Positions 1-7,880 of a stretch of DNA of 41,215 bases are shown one piece after another (within the stretch, counting starts at the first letter, position 1; each line of letters begins with the position of its first letter). The notes under the pieces were generated by a model. It searched no databases. It was not told the origin of the DNA and saw only the letters and a list, made by a program, of their open reading frames with translations. Made by a program: the position numbers and the translations under genes. This DNA is from a virus (lineage: Duplodnaviria > Caudoviricetes). The stretch spans positions 1 through 41,215 of IMG/VR virus record IMGVR_UViG_3300037047_000153; one strand, 5' to 3'.

Positions 1-216
1 ATCGTCGATGAAGCCGCAGGTGTTCACGATCACGAGATCAGCACCGGCAAAGGTCTTGGAGGTCTGGTAACCCTCGGCGCTGAGCTGCGTGAGGATGAGT
101 TCGGAGTCGGTCAGCGCCTTGGGGCACCCAAGCGATACCATCCCTATACTCGGCACGCGCGCCGGCTTGTCAGCCGCCGGGCCGGTGGGGTCAAGGGAAA
201 CGGGAGCTTCATTCAT
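1..216 (-). CDS. rimO: RimO ribosomal protein S12 methylthiotransferase, 5' part; chimeric, with a phage-supplied N-terminus (gene continues off the left edge)
   Basis: Minus strand reads [72 protein letters not shown], containing the SLGCPK and VNTCGFI motifs of RimO/MiaB methylthiotransferases. In-frame ATGs at 216 and 141. Confidence 0.92.
   Translation of the reverse strand, partial: MNEAPVSLDPTGPAADKPARVPSIGMVSLGCPKALTDSELILTQLSAEGYQTSKTFAGADLVIVNTCGFIDD
100..150. other. Left prophage junction (att site); crossover core GCA 124-126, phage arm AGCGATA 131-137 and CTATAC 144-149
   Basis: The phage-side arm is the inverted complement of the arm at the right junction (GTATAG 40938-43, TATCGCT 40950-56). 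Confidence 0.88.
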
Positions 217-1834
217 GTCGGGTCTGGTCTATTCGTACAGTCGGTTTTCTGATCCCAGCCAGGCCAAGGGCCACAGTCTGGAGCGGCAGGCCGCTTATGC
301 CGCCAAGTGGGCCGCTGAGCACGGCCTGCGGCTGGATGAGGCGCTGTCGCTGCGCGATGAGGGCCTGTCGGCCTACCACCAGCGCCACGTCAAATCGGGC
401 GCGCTGGGCGTGTTTCTGGCCGCCGTGGAGGGCGGCAAGGTGCCGCCGGGCTCGGTGCTGGTGGTCGAGGGGTTGGACCGCCTATCGCGGGCCGAGCCCA
501 TCCAGGCCCAGGCCCAACTGGCCCAGATTGTAAATGCCGGCATCACCGTCGTCACCGCATCGGACGGCAAAGCCTACAGCCGCGAACGGCTCAAGGCGAA
601 CCCGATGGACCTGGTCTATTCGCTGCTGGTCATGATCCGCGCCCACGAAGAGAGCGACACCAAGAGCAAGCGCGTGCGCGCGAGCATCGTGCGCCAGTGC
701 GATGGATGGCTTGCCGGCACCTACCGCGGGCTGATCCGCAACGGCAAAGACCCGGTGTGGCTGCGCCTGGCCGCCGGCCGCTGGGAGCTGATCCCCGAGC
801 GCGCCGAAGCCGTGCGCACCGGCATCGACCTTTACCGCCGCGGCCACAGCGCCACGCGCATCATCAGCGAACTGACCGAGCGCCAGATGTCGCTCACCGG
901 GCGCGGCCCGCAGGCCCTGCAGATCTACCGGCTGATCCACCAGCGCGCGCTGATCGGCGAGAAGGAGATCGCGGTCGACGGCCGCGCCTACCGCCTGCCC
1001 GGCTACTACCCTGCCCTGCTCACCGAAGCCGAGTGGACCGATCTGCAAACCCTCGCCGGCACACGCGGGCGCCGCGCGCCGGCCGGGCCGGTGCCGGGCA
1101 TCCTCACCGGCATGCGCATCACGCGCTGCGGCTACTGCGGCCGCGCCCTGGTGGGCCAGAACATCGGCACCCGCAAGCGGCGCGAAGACGGCGGCATCCA
1201 CGACGGCCACCGCCGCCTGCACTGCACCAGCTACGCCAACGGCGGTTGCCCCGTGCCCGGGTCGTGCTCCGTCGCGCCCATCGAGCGCGCGCTGATGGGC
1301 TACTGCTCCGACATGGTGAACCTGCAGGCGCTCTACGGCGACGACCGCGCGGCCGAACCGCGCGCGCGACTGGCCAGGCTGCGCGCCGAGGCGGCCGAGC
1401 TGGGCACCCTGCTCGAACGCCTGACAGACGCCATGCTGCAGGCCGGCGCTGACGGCGGCACCCCGGCCACCTTCGTGCGCCGCGCGCGCGAACTCGAAGC
1501 CCGCCAGGCCGACAACACGCGCGAGGCCGCCCAGGCCGAGCGCGACCTCTCAGCCGTGGCCCGCACAGACCTGACGGGCGCAGACGAAGCCTGGCGCGCG
1601 CTGGCGGCCGGCGTGGAGGCGCAAGACGATGACGCGCGCATCCAGGCGCGCCAGCTGGTAGCCGACACATTCGAGCGCATCGTGGTCTACCGCCGCGGCG
1701 TGGACCCGGCCGCCACGCCCCCCGGCGTGATGGACGTGATGCTGCTGGCCAAGGGCGGCGCGATGCGACTGCTGCGCATCAACGCGGCTGGCGCCGTGAT
1801 CGCGGCCGATGAGGTGTGGCAGGGCGAGGGGTGA
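215..1834 (+). CDS. Large serine recombinase (phage integrase)
   Basis: Resolvase N-terminus YSYSRFSD (catalytic Ser) and LDRLSR, recombinase domain, zinc ribbon CGYCG...C...C, coiled coil. Start placed at ATG 215 (MSGLVYSY), not 89. Confidence 0.95.
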   Translation: MSGLVYSYSRFSDPSQAKGHSLERQAAYAAKWAAEHGLRLDEALSLRDEGLSAYHQRHVKSGALGVFLAAVEGGKVPPGSVLVVEGLDRLSRAEPIQAQAQLAQIVNAGITVVTASDGKAYSRERLKANPMDLVYSLLVMIRAHEESDTKSKRVRASIVRQCDGWLAGTYRGLIRNGKDPVWLRLAAGRWELIPERAEAVRTGIDLYRRGHSATRIISELTERQMSLTGRGPQALQIYRLIHQRALIGEKEIAVDGRAYRLPGYYPALLTEAEWTDLQTLAGTRGRRAPAGPVPGILTGMRITRCGYCGRALVGQNIGTRKRREDGGIHDGHRRLHCTSYANGGCPVPGSCSVAPIERALMGYCSDMVNLQALYGDDRAAEPRARLARLRAEAAELGTLLERLTDAMLQAGADGGTPATFVRRARELEARQADNTREAAQAERDLSAVARTDLTGADEAWRALAAGVEAQDDDARIQARQLVADTFERIVVYRRGVDPAATPPGVMDVMLLAKGGAMRLLRINAAGAVIAADEVWQGEG

Positions 1835-1850
1835 GAGGCACCCACCAACG

Positions 1851-1887
1851 AAAAAAGCCCGCCCACCCGGCAAAGGGTGGGCGGGCT
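1851..1887 (-). terminator. Rho-independent terminator between convergent integrase and lysis operon
   Basis: 13-bp stem AGCCCGCCCACCC/GGGTGGGCGGGCT with an A-run on the left (U-tract on the minus strand). Confidence 0.8.
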
Positions 1888-1934
1888 GAAGGGCTGGCGC
1901 TCTGGAAACCAGCCTGGAGACAACTGCGAAGTTG

Positions 1935-2465
1935 TCAGGGCGGCGCGGTCAGCGCGACGGCGGCGTCGTACCGGGCGCGGCAGTCGGCGAGCTGGATGCG
2001 GAGCCCGTCGGCTCGGTCAGACTCCCCGACAAGAAGCTCTGCATCCTCTCGGTAAAGCTGGGCTCCGGTGCAGGCCACTGGACTGGCGGAACCGCCGGGC
2101 ACTGCACCACCACCGGCGGCGGGGGGGCGCTGGGGGCGGTTGCGCAGCTGGCCACGCAGATCGGCAACAAGAGCAGTAAGGTGGCGTTTTTCATCGGTGG
2201 CTTTCTGGGTGGTTGTCTCTATGGCTTTGGCGTGGTCGCGCTCGCGCGCGCGGTGGCCGGCCTCGGCCTTGCGGGCGGTTTCGGAGCGGGTCTCTTCTTG
2301 GGCTGCTGTGCTAGCCTTGAGTTCGGCGAGCTGCAGGCGGGCGCTGTCGCGCTGGTGGCCGGTGGCGCAACTGGTGGCGATGGCGCCGGCGCAGATGGCG
2401 GCCCAGATCCAGCCGGGCACAATGCCGGCCAGGGCTGCGATGGCCTTGAGCAGGCCGGCGATCAT
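1935..2465 (-). CDS. Rz: i-spanin (Rz-like)
   Basis: MIAGLLKAIAALAGIVPGWIWAAICAG N-terminal TM, long coiled coil, C-terminal ADGLRIQLADC; last gene of the lysis cassette. Confidence 0.8.
   Translation of the reverse strand: MIAGLLKAIAALAGIVPGWIWAAICAGAIATSCATGHQRDSARLQLAELKASTAAQEETRSETARKAEAGHRARERDHAKAIETTTQKATDEKRHLTALVADLRGQLRNRPQRPPAAGGGAVPGGSASPVACTGAQLYREDAELLVGESDRADGLRIQLADCRARYDAAVALTAPP
1949..2194 (-). CDS. Rz1: o-spanin (Rz1-like lipoprotein) embedded in Rz in another frame
   Basis: Signal peptide with lipobox VASC, then Pro-rich segment (APSAPPPPVVVQCPAVPP); fully nested in the i-spanin. Confidence 0.8.
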   Translation of the reverse strand: MKNATLLLLLPICVASCATAPSAPPPPVVVQCPAVPPVQWPAPEPSFTERMQSFLSGSLTEPTGSASSSPTAAPGTTPPSR

Positions 2466-2608
2466 GCGCCACCTCCCCACCACACGGCCGCCGCGCTGAT
2501 GGCGCCCAGGGTGCAGACCAGCGCAACGGCGAGCGCCACGCGCATGGCCAGGCGGGCGCCGCGCTCGACGAGGTCGCGGTCTTCTTCGGGTTCGGTTTGC
2601 CAGCTCAT
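2462..2608 (-). CDS. Small single-TM lysis-region protein (48 aa)
   Basis: MSWQTEPEEDRDL...VALAVALVCTLGAISAAAVWW; ATGA-coupled to both neighbours. Confidence 0.6.
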   Translation of the reverse strand: MSWQTEPEEDRDLVERGARLAMRVALAVALVCTLGAISAAAVWWGGGA

Positions 2609-3141
2609 GTTGCACCTCCGCCCGTGAGGGCCTCGACGATGGCGCTGGCCACCGGCCACTTGCGGGCCTGGTAGACCGCCAGGTCCTGCGGGTTGCTGAG
2701 GAAAAACACTTCGACCACCAGCCCGCCGACGCGCACGAAGCCGAGGCGCCCGCGGGCGCTCTGGCTCTGGTCGATCCAGCCGCCGGCGCCGCGCACGGGC
2801 AGGCCGAGCACATGGGCGATGCGCCGGGCGATGGTGCGGGCCAGGGCCTGCTGGCTGGGCAGGCTGATCACCTCTACGCCGGTGGCGGCGGGGTTGGTGT
2901 GGGCGTTGGTGTGCAGTTCGATGGCGGCGGCTGAGCCTGGCACCAAGGTCATGGCGTAGGGCAGCGGCAGGTTTTGGCGCCAGCCGCCATCGGTGCGCAC
3001 GGTGTGGCCTGCGGCGCGCAGTTTGCTGGCCACGATGTCGCGCAGCTCGGTCATGAGCGCGTTTTCTGTTTCGCCGGTCCGGGCCACGGCGCCGGGGTCT
3101 GCGGCGCCGTGGCCGGCGGTGACGGTGTAGGTTTTGATCAT
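2605..3141 (-). CDS. Endolysin, N-acetylmuramoyl-L-alanine amidase (Amidase_3 type)
   Basis: Zn-ligand motifs TAGHG...E, ELHTNA and VEVFF. Confidence 0.9.
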   Translation of the reverse strand: MIKTYTVTAGHGAADPGAVARTGETENALMTELRDIVASKLRAAGHTVRTDGGWRQNLPLPYAMTLVPGSAAAIELHTNAHTNPAATGVEVISLPSQQALARTIARRIAHVLGLPVRGAGGWIDQSQSARGRLGFVRVGGLVVEVFFLSNPQDLAVYQARKWPVASAIVEALTGGGAT

Positions 3142-3151
3142 GGTGCGGTGG

Positions 3152-3475
3152 TCATCCTTCTTTGACGCGGGTGCGGATCACGAGGGTGGCGAAGCCGGTC
3201 AGCACCAACACCTCGGCGAGGGTCGGTCGCTCCAGGCGGGCGAGCGTTCCGCCGGCATCGGGCGGCACGCCCAGGGCGAGCAGCACGGGCGCGGCCAGCG
3301 AGCCGGCGGCGCCGAGCGCGAGCAGGATCCAGGCGATGGCTTTGAGCGCGTCAACGCAGCACTGGCGCACGGAGCGGCCGGGCAGCAGGATGTCGGTGCG
3401 CTCCAGCTTGTTGAGCGCCTCGGCGACGACGATGAGGCCGGCCAGCGCGTGCAGGATCTGCAAGGTGGTACTCAT
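3152..3475 (-). CDS. Holin-like membrane protein
   Basis: 107 aa, about three hydrophobic segments, directly upstream of the endolysin. Confidence 0.6.
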   Translation of the reverse strand: MSTTLQILHALAGLIVVAEALNKLERTDILLPGRSVRQCCVDALKAIAWILLALGAAGSLAAPVLLALGVPPDAGGTLARLERPTLAEVLVLTGFATLVIRTRVKEG

Positions 3476-3876
3476 GCGGTGGGCCCCCCTTCCGTGCCTT
3501 GGGGCAGCGGTTTTATGCGCTCGATCACGCCGCGCAGGATGCGCTGCGCGCCGGCGCCGACGGCGAAGGCGACGCCCAGCAACAGCGCGTCGGGCAGGTT
3601 GGCCATGAGCAGCGCGAGAGGCGTGGTGTAGCCGGCGGTCAGGCTGCTGGCCAGGGCGACGGCAATGCGCCGGAAGGTGGCGCGAACGAGGTGTTGCCAG
3701 GTGTCACCCTCGCTGGGCACGCTGTGCAGCAGCACGATGGCCACCAGCGCGCCAGCAAACCCGGCTACGAGCACGTCGGGACGCAGGCCCAGGTTGATGC
3801 CCCAGGCGGTGAGCATGGCGACGGCGGGCGGCGCTGCGGCGAGCGTGGCGGCGGCTGGGCTGATGGGCTCGGGCAT
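3472..3876 (-). CDS. Holin/antiholin-like membrane protein
   Basis: 134 aa with several TM segments; first gene of the lysis cassette. Confidence 0.6.
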   Translation of the reverse strand: MPEPISPAAATLAAAPPAVAMLTAWGINLGLRPDVLVAGFAGALVAIVLLHSVPSEGDTWQHLVRATFRRIAVALASSLTAGYTTPLALLMANLPDALLLGVAFAVGAGAQRILRGVIERIKPLPQGTEGGPTA

Positions 3877-3901
3877 GCGCGGGGTCTTTCTGTGGGTGGG
3901 C

Positions 3902-4135
3902 TTACTCTTCGACCGTCACGGGCGTGAGCGCGGGCGCCGGCCCTTCGATCACGCCGGCGCGCACGAACACCTGGTCGCTCACGGCGGCGCTGCCGCGCAC
4001 GCGCTGCGTGCCGCCGCCAGGAAATTCGACGGTGGCGGTGCCGTCGGCGTTGAGGGCGATCACCTCGCCCGCCAGCAGCGGCGCTTCGGGCAGCATCTCG
4101 CGCAGGGCGCGGTAGAGGTTGGTCTGCAGGCTCAT
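3902..4135 (-). CDS. Small tail-tip protein (77 aa)
   Basis: MSLQTNLYRALREMLPEAPLLAGEV...; last gene of the tail module, beta-rich OB-like pattern. Confidence 0.6.
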   Translation of the reverse strand: MSLQTNLYRALREMLPEAPLLAGEVIALNADGTATVEFPGGGTQRVRGSAAVSDQVFVRAGVIEGPAPALTPVTVEE

Positions 4136-4137
4136 GG

Positions 4138-6003
4138 TCAAACGGTCTCCAGGTGGCGTTCGATCTGCACGCTCTGGCGCACCGCTTCGCCGAACTTCGC
4201 GCTCACGCTGACGGAGCGCACGCGGCCGCGCCAGGGCGTGCTGTGGTTGATCTGCACGAGCTGGCCCACGTCCAACACGCCGGGCTGGCTGGCCCCGGTG
4301 AGCACGGGCAGGCTGAGCGTGACGATGTGCTTGGGGCCGGCCGCGCCGACGATGGATCGCCCGCGCCAGCGCACCGCCTCGGGCGCGGTGATCAGCGGGT
4401 CGGTGATCATGGCGGCGAGCTTGTCGCCAGCGGTGCCGGCGCGGCGGTAGAGGCCGCGGTAACCCTGGCTCACCCCGCTGACGTAGACGGCGTTGATGTC
4501 GGGCCCGTCGGCGCGCTCGGTGCCGGCGACCATGAGCGCGTCGGGCGCGAGCTCCACGTCGGGCACCACGCCCGAGGCGTACCAGTTCCACGGGCCGCCG
4601 GTGAGGCCGCCCGTGAGGTCTGGATACGGGTGGCGCGCGAGCAGCGTGGGCAACGTGCGGTGGCTCTGCAAAAAGCCGCCCGCGCCCTCCACGATGGTCT
4701 GCACCGCGGCCAGCGGCGTGCCCACATGGCTCCAGGCGCCGGCGGTAACGAGCCAGTCTGTGATGCCCCAGTCAAGGTCAGCGCCGGTGAACTCCAGCGC
4801 GGCCAGGGCGAGCTGCTGCGCGGTGCGGTCGCTGGTGTTGCCGCGGCTGCTCTCGCGCGCCACCGGGCCGGCCAGCAAGGCCGTGGCGCTGCGCCCGCTG
4901 ATGCGCACGCTGCGCTCGCCAAAGGCCTCCTGGTGCTGCAGGCTGTCCACCACGAACACGAACGGAATGCCGTCGAGCGTGATGCGGATCTGCGCGGGCA
5001 GGCCGGCGCTGGGCGCGAGCTGCTCGAAGGCCTCGGGGAAGGCGGTGGCGCTGAAGGACCGGGCAAAAGATCCGGCGTCGGCGTTGAGCGTCACGTCCTG
5101 GATGTTGATCGGCTCCAGATCGGGCAGGCGCACGGCGGTGAGTGAATGGACGGTCATGAAATACCTCGCGGGGAGGATGTAGAGGGGGGCCAGCGGGCCG
5201 CCAGGCCCGACCGCCCCGCACACCCGGCCAAACACCAGATGCACAGGCCCGCCCGCATAGGCCGGACAGGCGAACACGAGGTGCAGGTCGGGGACGTGGG
5301 GCGTGGTGCCGGGGCCGGTGGGCAGGGGCGGCCAGACTTCTTTGCCGGGCGGGATGGCGCGGGCGGTTTGCCAGGGTTCGTCAAAGTCAAACCCTCGGGC
5401 GCTGGCGATGCCGAACAGGTGTTGCGCCAAGGCCTGCAGCCGGGCGGCGACCTGGTGCGCCTGGGCGCCGCCGGTGTGGGTGAGCCGGGCCACCTGGTGC
5501 GGCTGCGCGGCCAGGGCCTGCAGCGCGGTGGCGACCTGGTGCACCTGGGCCGCCTGGGCGCGCACCTGCAGCGCGGCCTGGTGCACCTGGGCGGCTTGCG
5601 CGGCGCGGGCGGCGGCTTGTTGCCAGGCCTGGGCGCGTTCGCCGGCCACGTGGGCGGCGCTGAGCCAGGGCTGGTTGTTGGCCGCTTCGGCCGGGCGGGC
5701 CTGCTGCAGCGGCTGCTCGTGCCCGCTCAGGCGGCGCGCGGGCAGTTTGAGGCCCTGGTCGATGGCGGCCAGGGCGGCGGCGGCGACCTGGTGCGGCTGG
5801 GTGCGGCTGACGACGACGCGGATCGGGTTGCGGTTGTCGTAGCGGGCCAGGGCGCTGACGGTGATGCCGCCGAGCACGATGGTGGCGTGGGCGGTGACGG
5901 GCAGGATCTCCGGCTCTTCGGGCGCATCGGTGGAGCCGAAGACGAGGTTGAGCGGCCCGCCGGTGTAGCGCGGGCGGCTGAAGACCAGGTTGAGATCGGC
6001 CAT
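4138..6003 (-). CDS. Tail/baseplate hub-like structural protein with 14-aa repeats
   Basis: 621 aa in the tail operon; N-terminal Q/A/H-rich repeats and a C-terminal hub-like region. Confidence 0.7.
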   Translation of the reverse strand: MADLNLVFSRPRYTGGPLNLVFGSTDAPEEPEILPVTAHATIVLGGITVSALARYDNRNPIRVVVSRTQPHQVAAAALAAIDQGLKLPARRLSGHEQPLQQARPAEAANNQPWLSAAHVAGERAQAWQQAAARAAQAAQVHQAALQVRAQAAQVHQVATALQALAAQPHQVARLTHTGGAQAHQVAARLQALAQHLFGIASARGFDFDEPWQTARAIPPGKEVWPPLPTGPGTTPHVPDLHLVFACPAYAGGPVHLVFGRVCGAVGPGGPLAPLYILPARYFMTVHSLTAVRLPDLEPINIQDVTLNADAGSFARSFSATAFPEAFEQLAPSAGLPAQIRITLDGIPFVFVVDSLQHQEAFGERSVRISGRSATALLAGPVARESSRGNTSDRTAQQLALAALEFTGADLDWGITDWLVTAGAWSHVGTPLAAVQTIVEGAGGFLQSHRTLPTLLARHPYPDLTGGLTGGPWNWYASGVVPDVELAPDALMVAGTERADGPDINAVYVSGVSQGYRGLYRRAGTAGDKLAAMITDPLITAPEAVRWRGRSIVGAAGPKHIVTLSLPVLTGASQPGVLDVGQLVQINHSTPWRGRVRSVSVSAKFGEAVRQSVQIERHLETV

Positions 6004-6007
6004 GGGG

Positions 6008-6421
6008 TCAGGCGGGCTCGGTGACGCTGGCGGTCACGGTGACCTGGCCGCCGGTGTAGAGCTGCGCGGTAGGCGGGTCGGCGTCGTCGGTGACGATCAG
6101 CACGGCGCCGCTGCCGGGCGGGCCGGCGGTGCAGATGTACACGCCCGCGCCCGCGCCGTCGACGAAGCGCGCCCACGTGGGCAGGCCGGCGCGGGCGGCG
6201 AAGCCCACTGCGGGCACCAGGTCCATCTGGGCATCGGTTGCGTGCAGATCGAACGACACGGCGGCCAGGGCGATGATGGCCACGGGCGAGACGGTGGCGG
6301 CGGCTTCCGGCGAGTCGGCCATGGCGTCGTCGTACAGCTGCACCGCGCCGCCGTCGCCGGCGTCGATGCGGGCGCGCACGGCGAGCAGGCGGTCGCGGCG
6401 GGTGGCGAGGCTCAGGCTCAT
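6008..6421 (-). CDS. Tail-associated structural protein (137 aa)
   Basis: MSLSLATRRDRL...GLPTWARFVDG; ATGA-coupled to the upstream gene. Confidence 0.65.
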   Translation of the reverse strand: MSLSLATRRDRLLAVRARIDAGDGGAVQLYDDAMADSPEAAATVSPVAIIALAAVSFDLHATDAQMDLVPAVGFAARAGLPTWARFVDGAGAGVYICTAGPPGSGAVLIVTDDADPPTAQLYTGGQVTVTASVTEPA

Positions 6422-6720
6422 GGGGCGGGCACCACGATGTCCGTGACGATTTCGCCGTTTTTCAGGCCCAGAGGGTCGGGTGAGACCACAAAAAACTTGC
6501 CCGGGCGCAAGTTGTGAAACTGCCACTGCCCGGTGGTCGAGTCGCTCCACATCTCGCGGATCGCCAGCATGCGCGACTGGTCAAACAGCACGACGTTGGC
6601 GCGCTGAAACGGGCCGGTGTCTGTGTCGCGGCGGGTGGTGCCGATGGCCGTGCTGTGGACGCCGTAGTCAAATGGCACAAACGCGGTGCGGGCCGGGTTG
6701 GGGGTGACAAGGACGGCCAC
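6418..6720 (-). CDS. Small beta-sandwich tail-fibre accessory protein
   Basis: 100 aa, WSDSTTGQWQFHNLRPGKFFVV motif; follows the fibre gene. Confidence 0.6.
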   Translation of the reverse strand: MAVLVTPNPARTAFVPFDYGVHSTAIGTTRRDTDTGPFQRANVVLFDQSRMLAIREMWSDSTTGQWQFHNLRPGKFFVVSPDPLGLKNGEIVTDIVVPAP

Positions 6721-6723
6721 CGC

Positions 6724-7863
6724 TCACTCCCAGGGCGTTGCCAGGTCGAGCATCATCTGGCCCAGCGTGGTGTTGCCGATGTTGATCGTGATCGCCAGCA
6801 GCTGGCGACCACCGATGGAGTACACCGTGCGGTCGGTGAATGGGGCGTTCGCCTGCGGAAGATACAACTCGGGCAAGCGGGCGCGGATCTCTGTCGGGGT
6901 CTTGAGGTAGTAGTCACCGACCACAGCAACAGGGGTCGATGCGCCCGCCACGGCAAGGCCCTGACCCCAACTGCCGCCGCCGCAGAGCGCCGCTTGCACC
7001 CCAACCGTCAGCCCGTCAAACGTCCTCTGGAATCTCAGGTATGCAACCCCGGCCGATAGGGCGAACGACTGCGGTGCGATATTTCCAAAACCGCCGTTCG
7101 CCGTAACCGAGGTTGAACCGAATGTCGCCAGCAGACAGCGCCCGGCGTCGGCCACATAGAGCGGGCTTGGGTCCCCGTAGAAGTACGGGACTATCGCGGC
7201 ATGAGACGATGAAGATCCCTGCAGAAGAATCCACGCTCGAAGCGAATTTCCCGCGATCACCCACCGCTTTGCGGTCGCATTGTTTTCGCCGCGCATCCAG
7301 ACGCGCTCAGCGGTGACGGTCGAGGCCTCACCCGTCACTGTGTCAGCATCCGTTGCCGTCTCGACCATCGACGCGAGCGCGTAGGTGGTCGCCGCCGGGG
7401 TGGTCATGGTGTCCACTACCCGCAGCATGGAGGCAGACGCCTCGAGCGCGGGGCGCCGGAAAATCGCCGTGGTTCCGGCGCCGTTGATGTGAGCCACCTC
7501 CCAACCCAGCGGTGCCCTCTTGGCGCTGATGGTGCCGGTGTAGGTGCCGTCGGCCACGCCAGTGGCGTCGAAGGTGAAGGTGTTGGTGGTCACGCTCAGC
7601 GGCTGGTGTCGGCCGTTGAGCAGCGCCTCGGGGGCGCCCTCGATCAGGATCAGCTTGCCAAAGGCTGCGCTGTAGCCGTGGCTGGCGGCGGTGGCGGTGG
7701 CCACGCCGCTGGCGACGTCAATGCTGGTAACCGTCCGTGGGTTGAAGCCGTTCACCGCGCAGGCTCGCAGCACCTCGATCACACTGCCGGCCACATTGTT
7801 GAGGGATGGCGCCCCGGTCTCGTTGCCGTCGAAGTAATTGGGATAGGAGGATGACACGGGCAT
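6724..7863 (-). CDS. Putative tail fibre / receptor-binding protein
   Basis: 379 aa, Gly/Ala/Thr-rich; N-terminus GAPSLNNVAGSVIEVLRACAVNGF; C-terminal half has visibly different codon usage. Confidence 0.65.
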   Translation of the reverse strand: MPVSSSYPNYFDGNETGAPSLNNVAGSVIEVLRACAVNGFNPRTVTSIDVASGVATATAASHGYSAAFGKLILIEGAPEALLNGRHQPLSVTTNTFTFDATGVADGTYTGTISAKRAPLGWEVAHINGAGTTAIFRRPALEASASMLRVVDTMTTPAATTYALASMVETATDADTVTGEASTVTAERVWMRGENNATAKRWVIAGNSLRAWILLQGSSSSHAAIVPYFYGDPSPLYVADAGRCLLATFGSTSVTANGGFGNIAPQSFALSAGVAYLRFQRTFDGLTVGVQAALCGGGSWGQGLAVAGASTPVAVVGDYYLKTPTEIRARLPELYLPQANAPFTDRTVYSIGGRQLLAITINIGNTTLGQMMLDLATPWE

Positions 7864-7880
7864 GGGGTGGTGTCCTTGGG

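Noticed and set aside
89-214. 42-aa N-terminal extension of the integrase in the ORF track
   Set aside because: It crosses the att junction into antisense rimO; the catalytic domain begins at ATG 215.
224-240. LexA box at the integrase start (CTGGTCTATTCGTACAG)
   Set aside because: Spacing is CTG-N11-CAG, not N10, and it lies in coding sequence.
6418-7863. Diversity-generating retroelement or invertible tail-fibre switch
   Set aside because: No reverse transcriptase, template/variable repeat pair, invertase or flanking inverted repeats seen.
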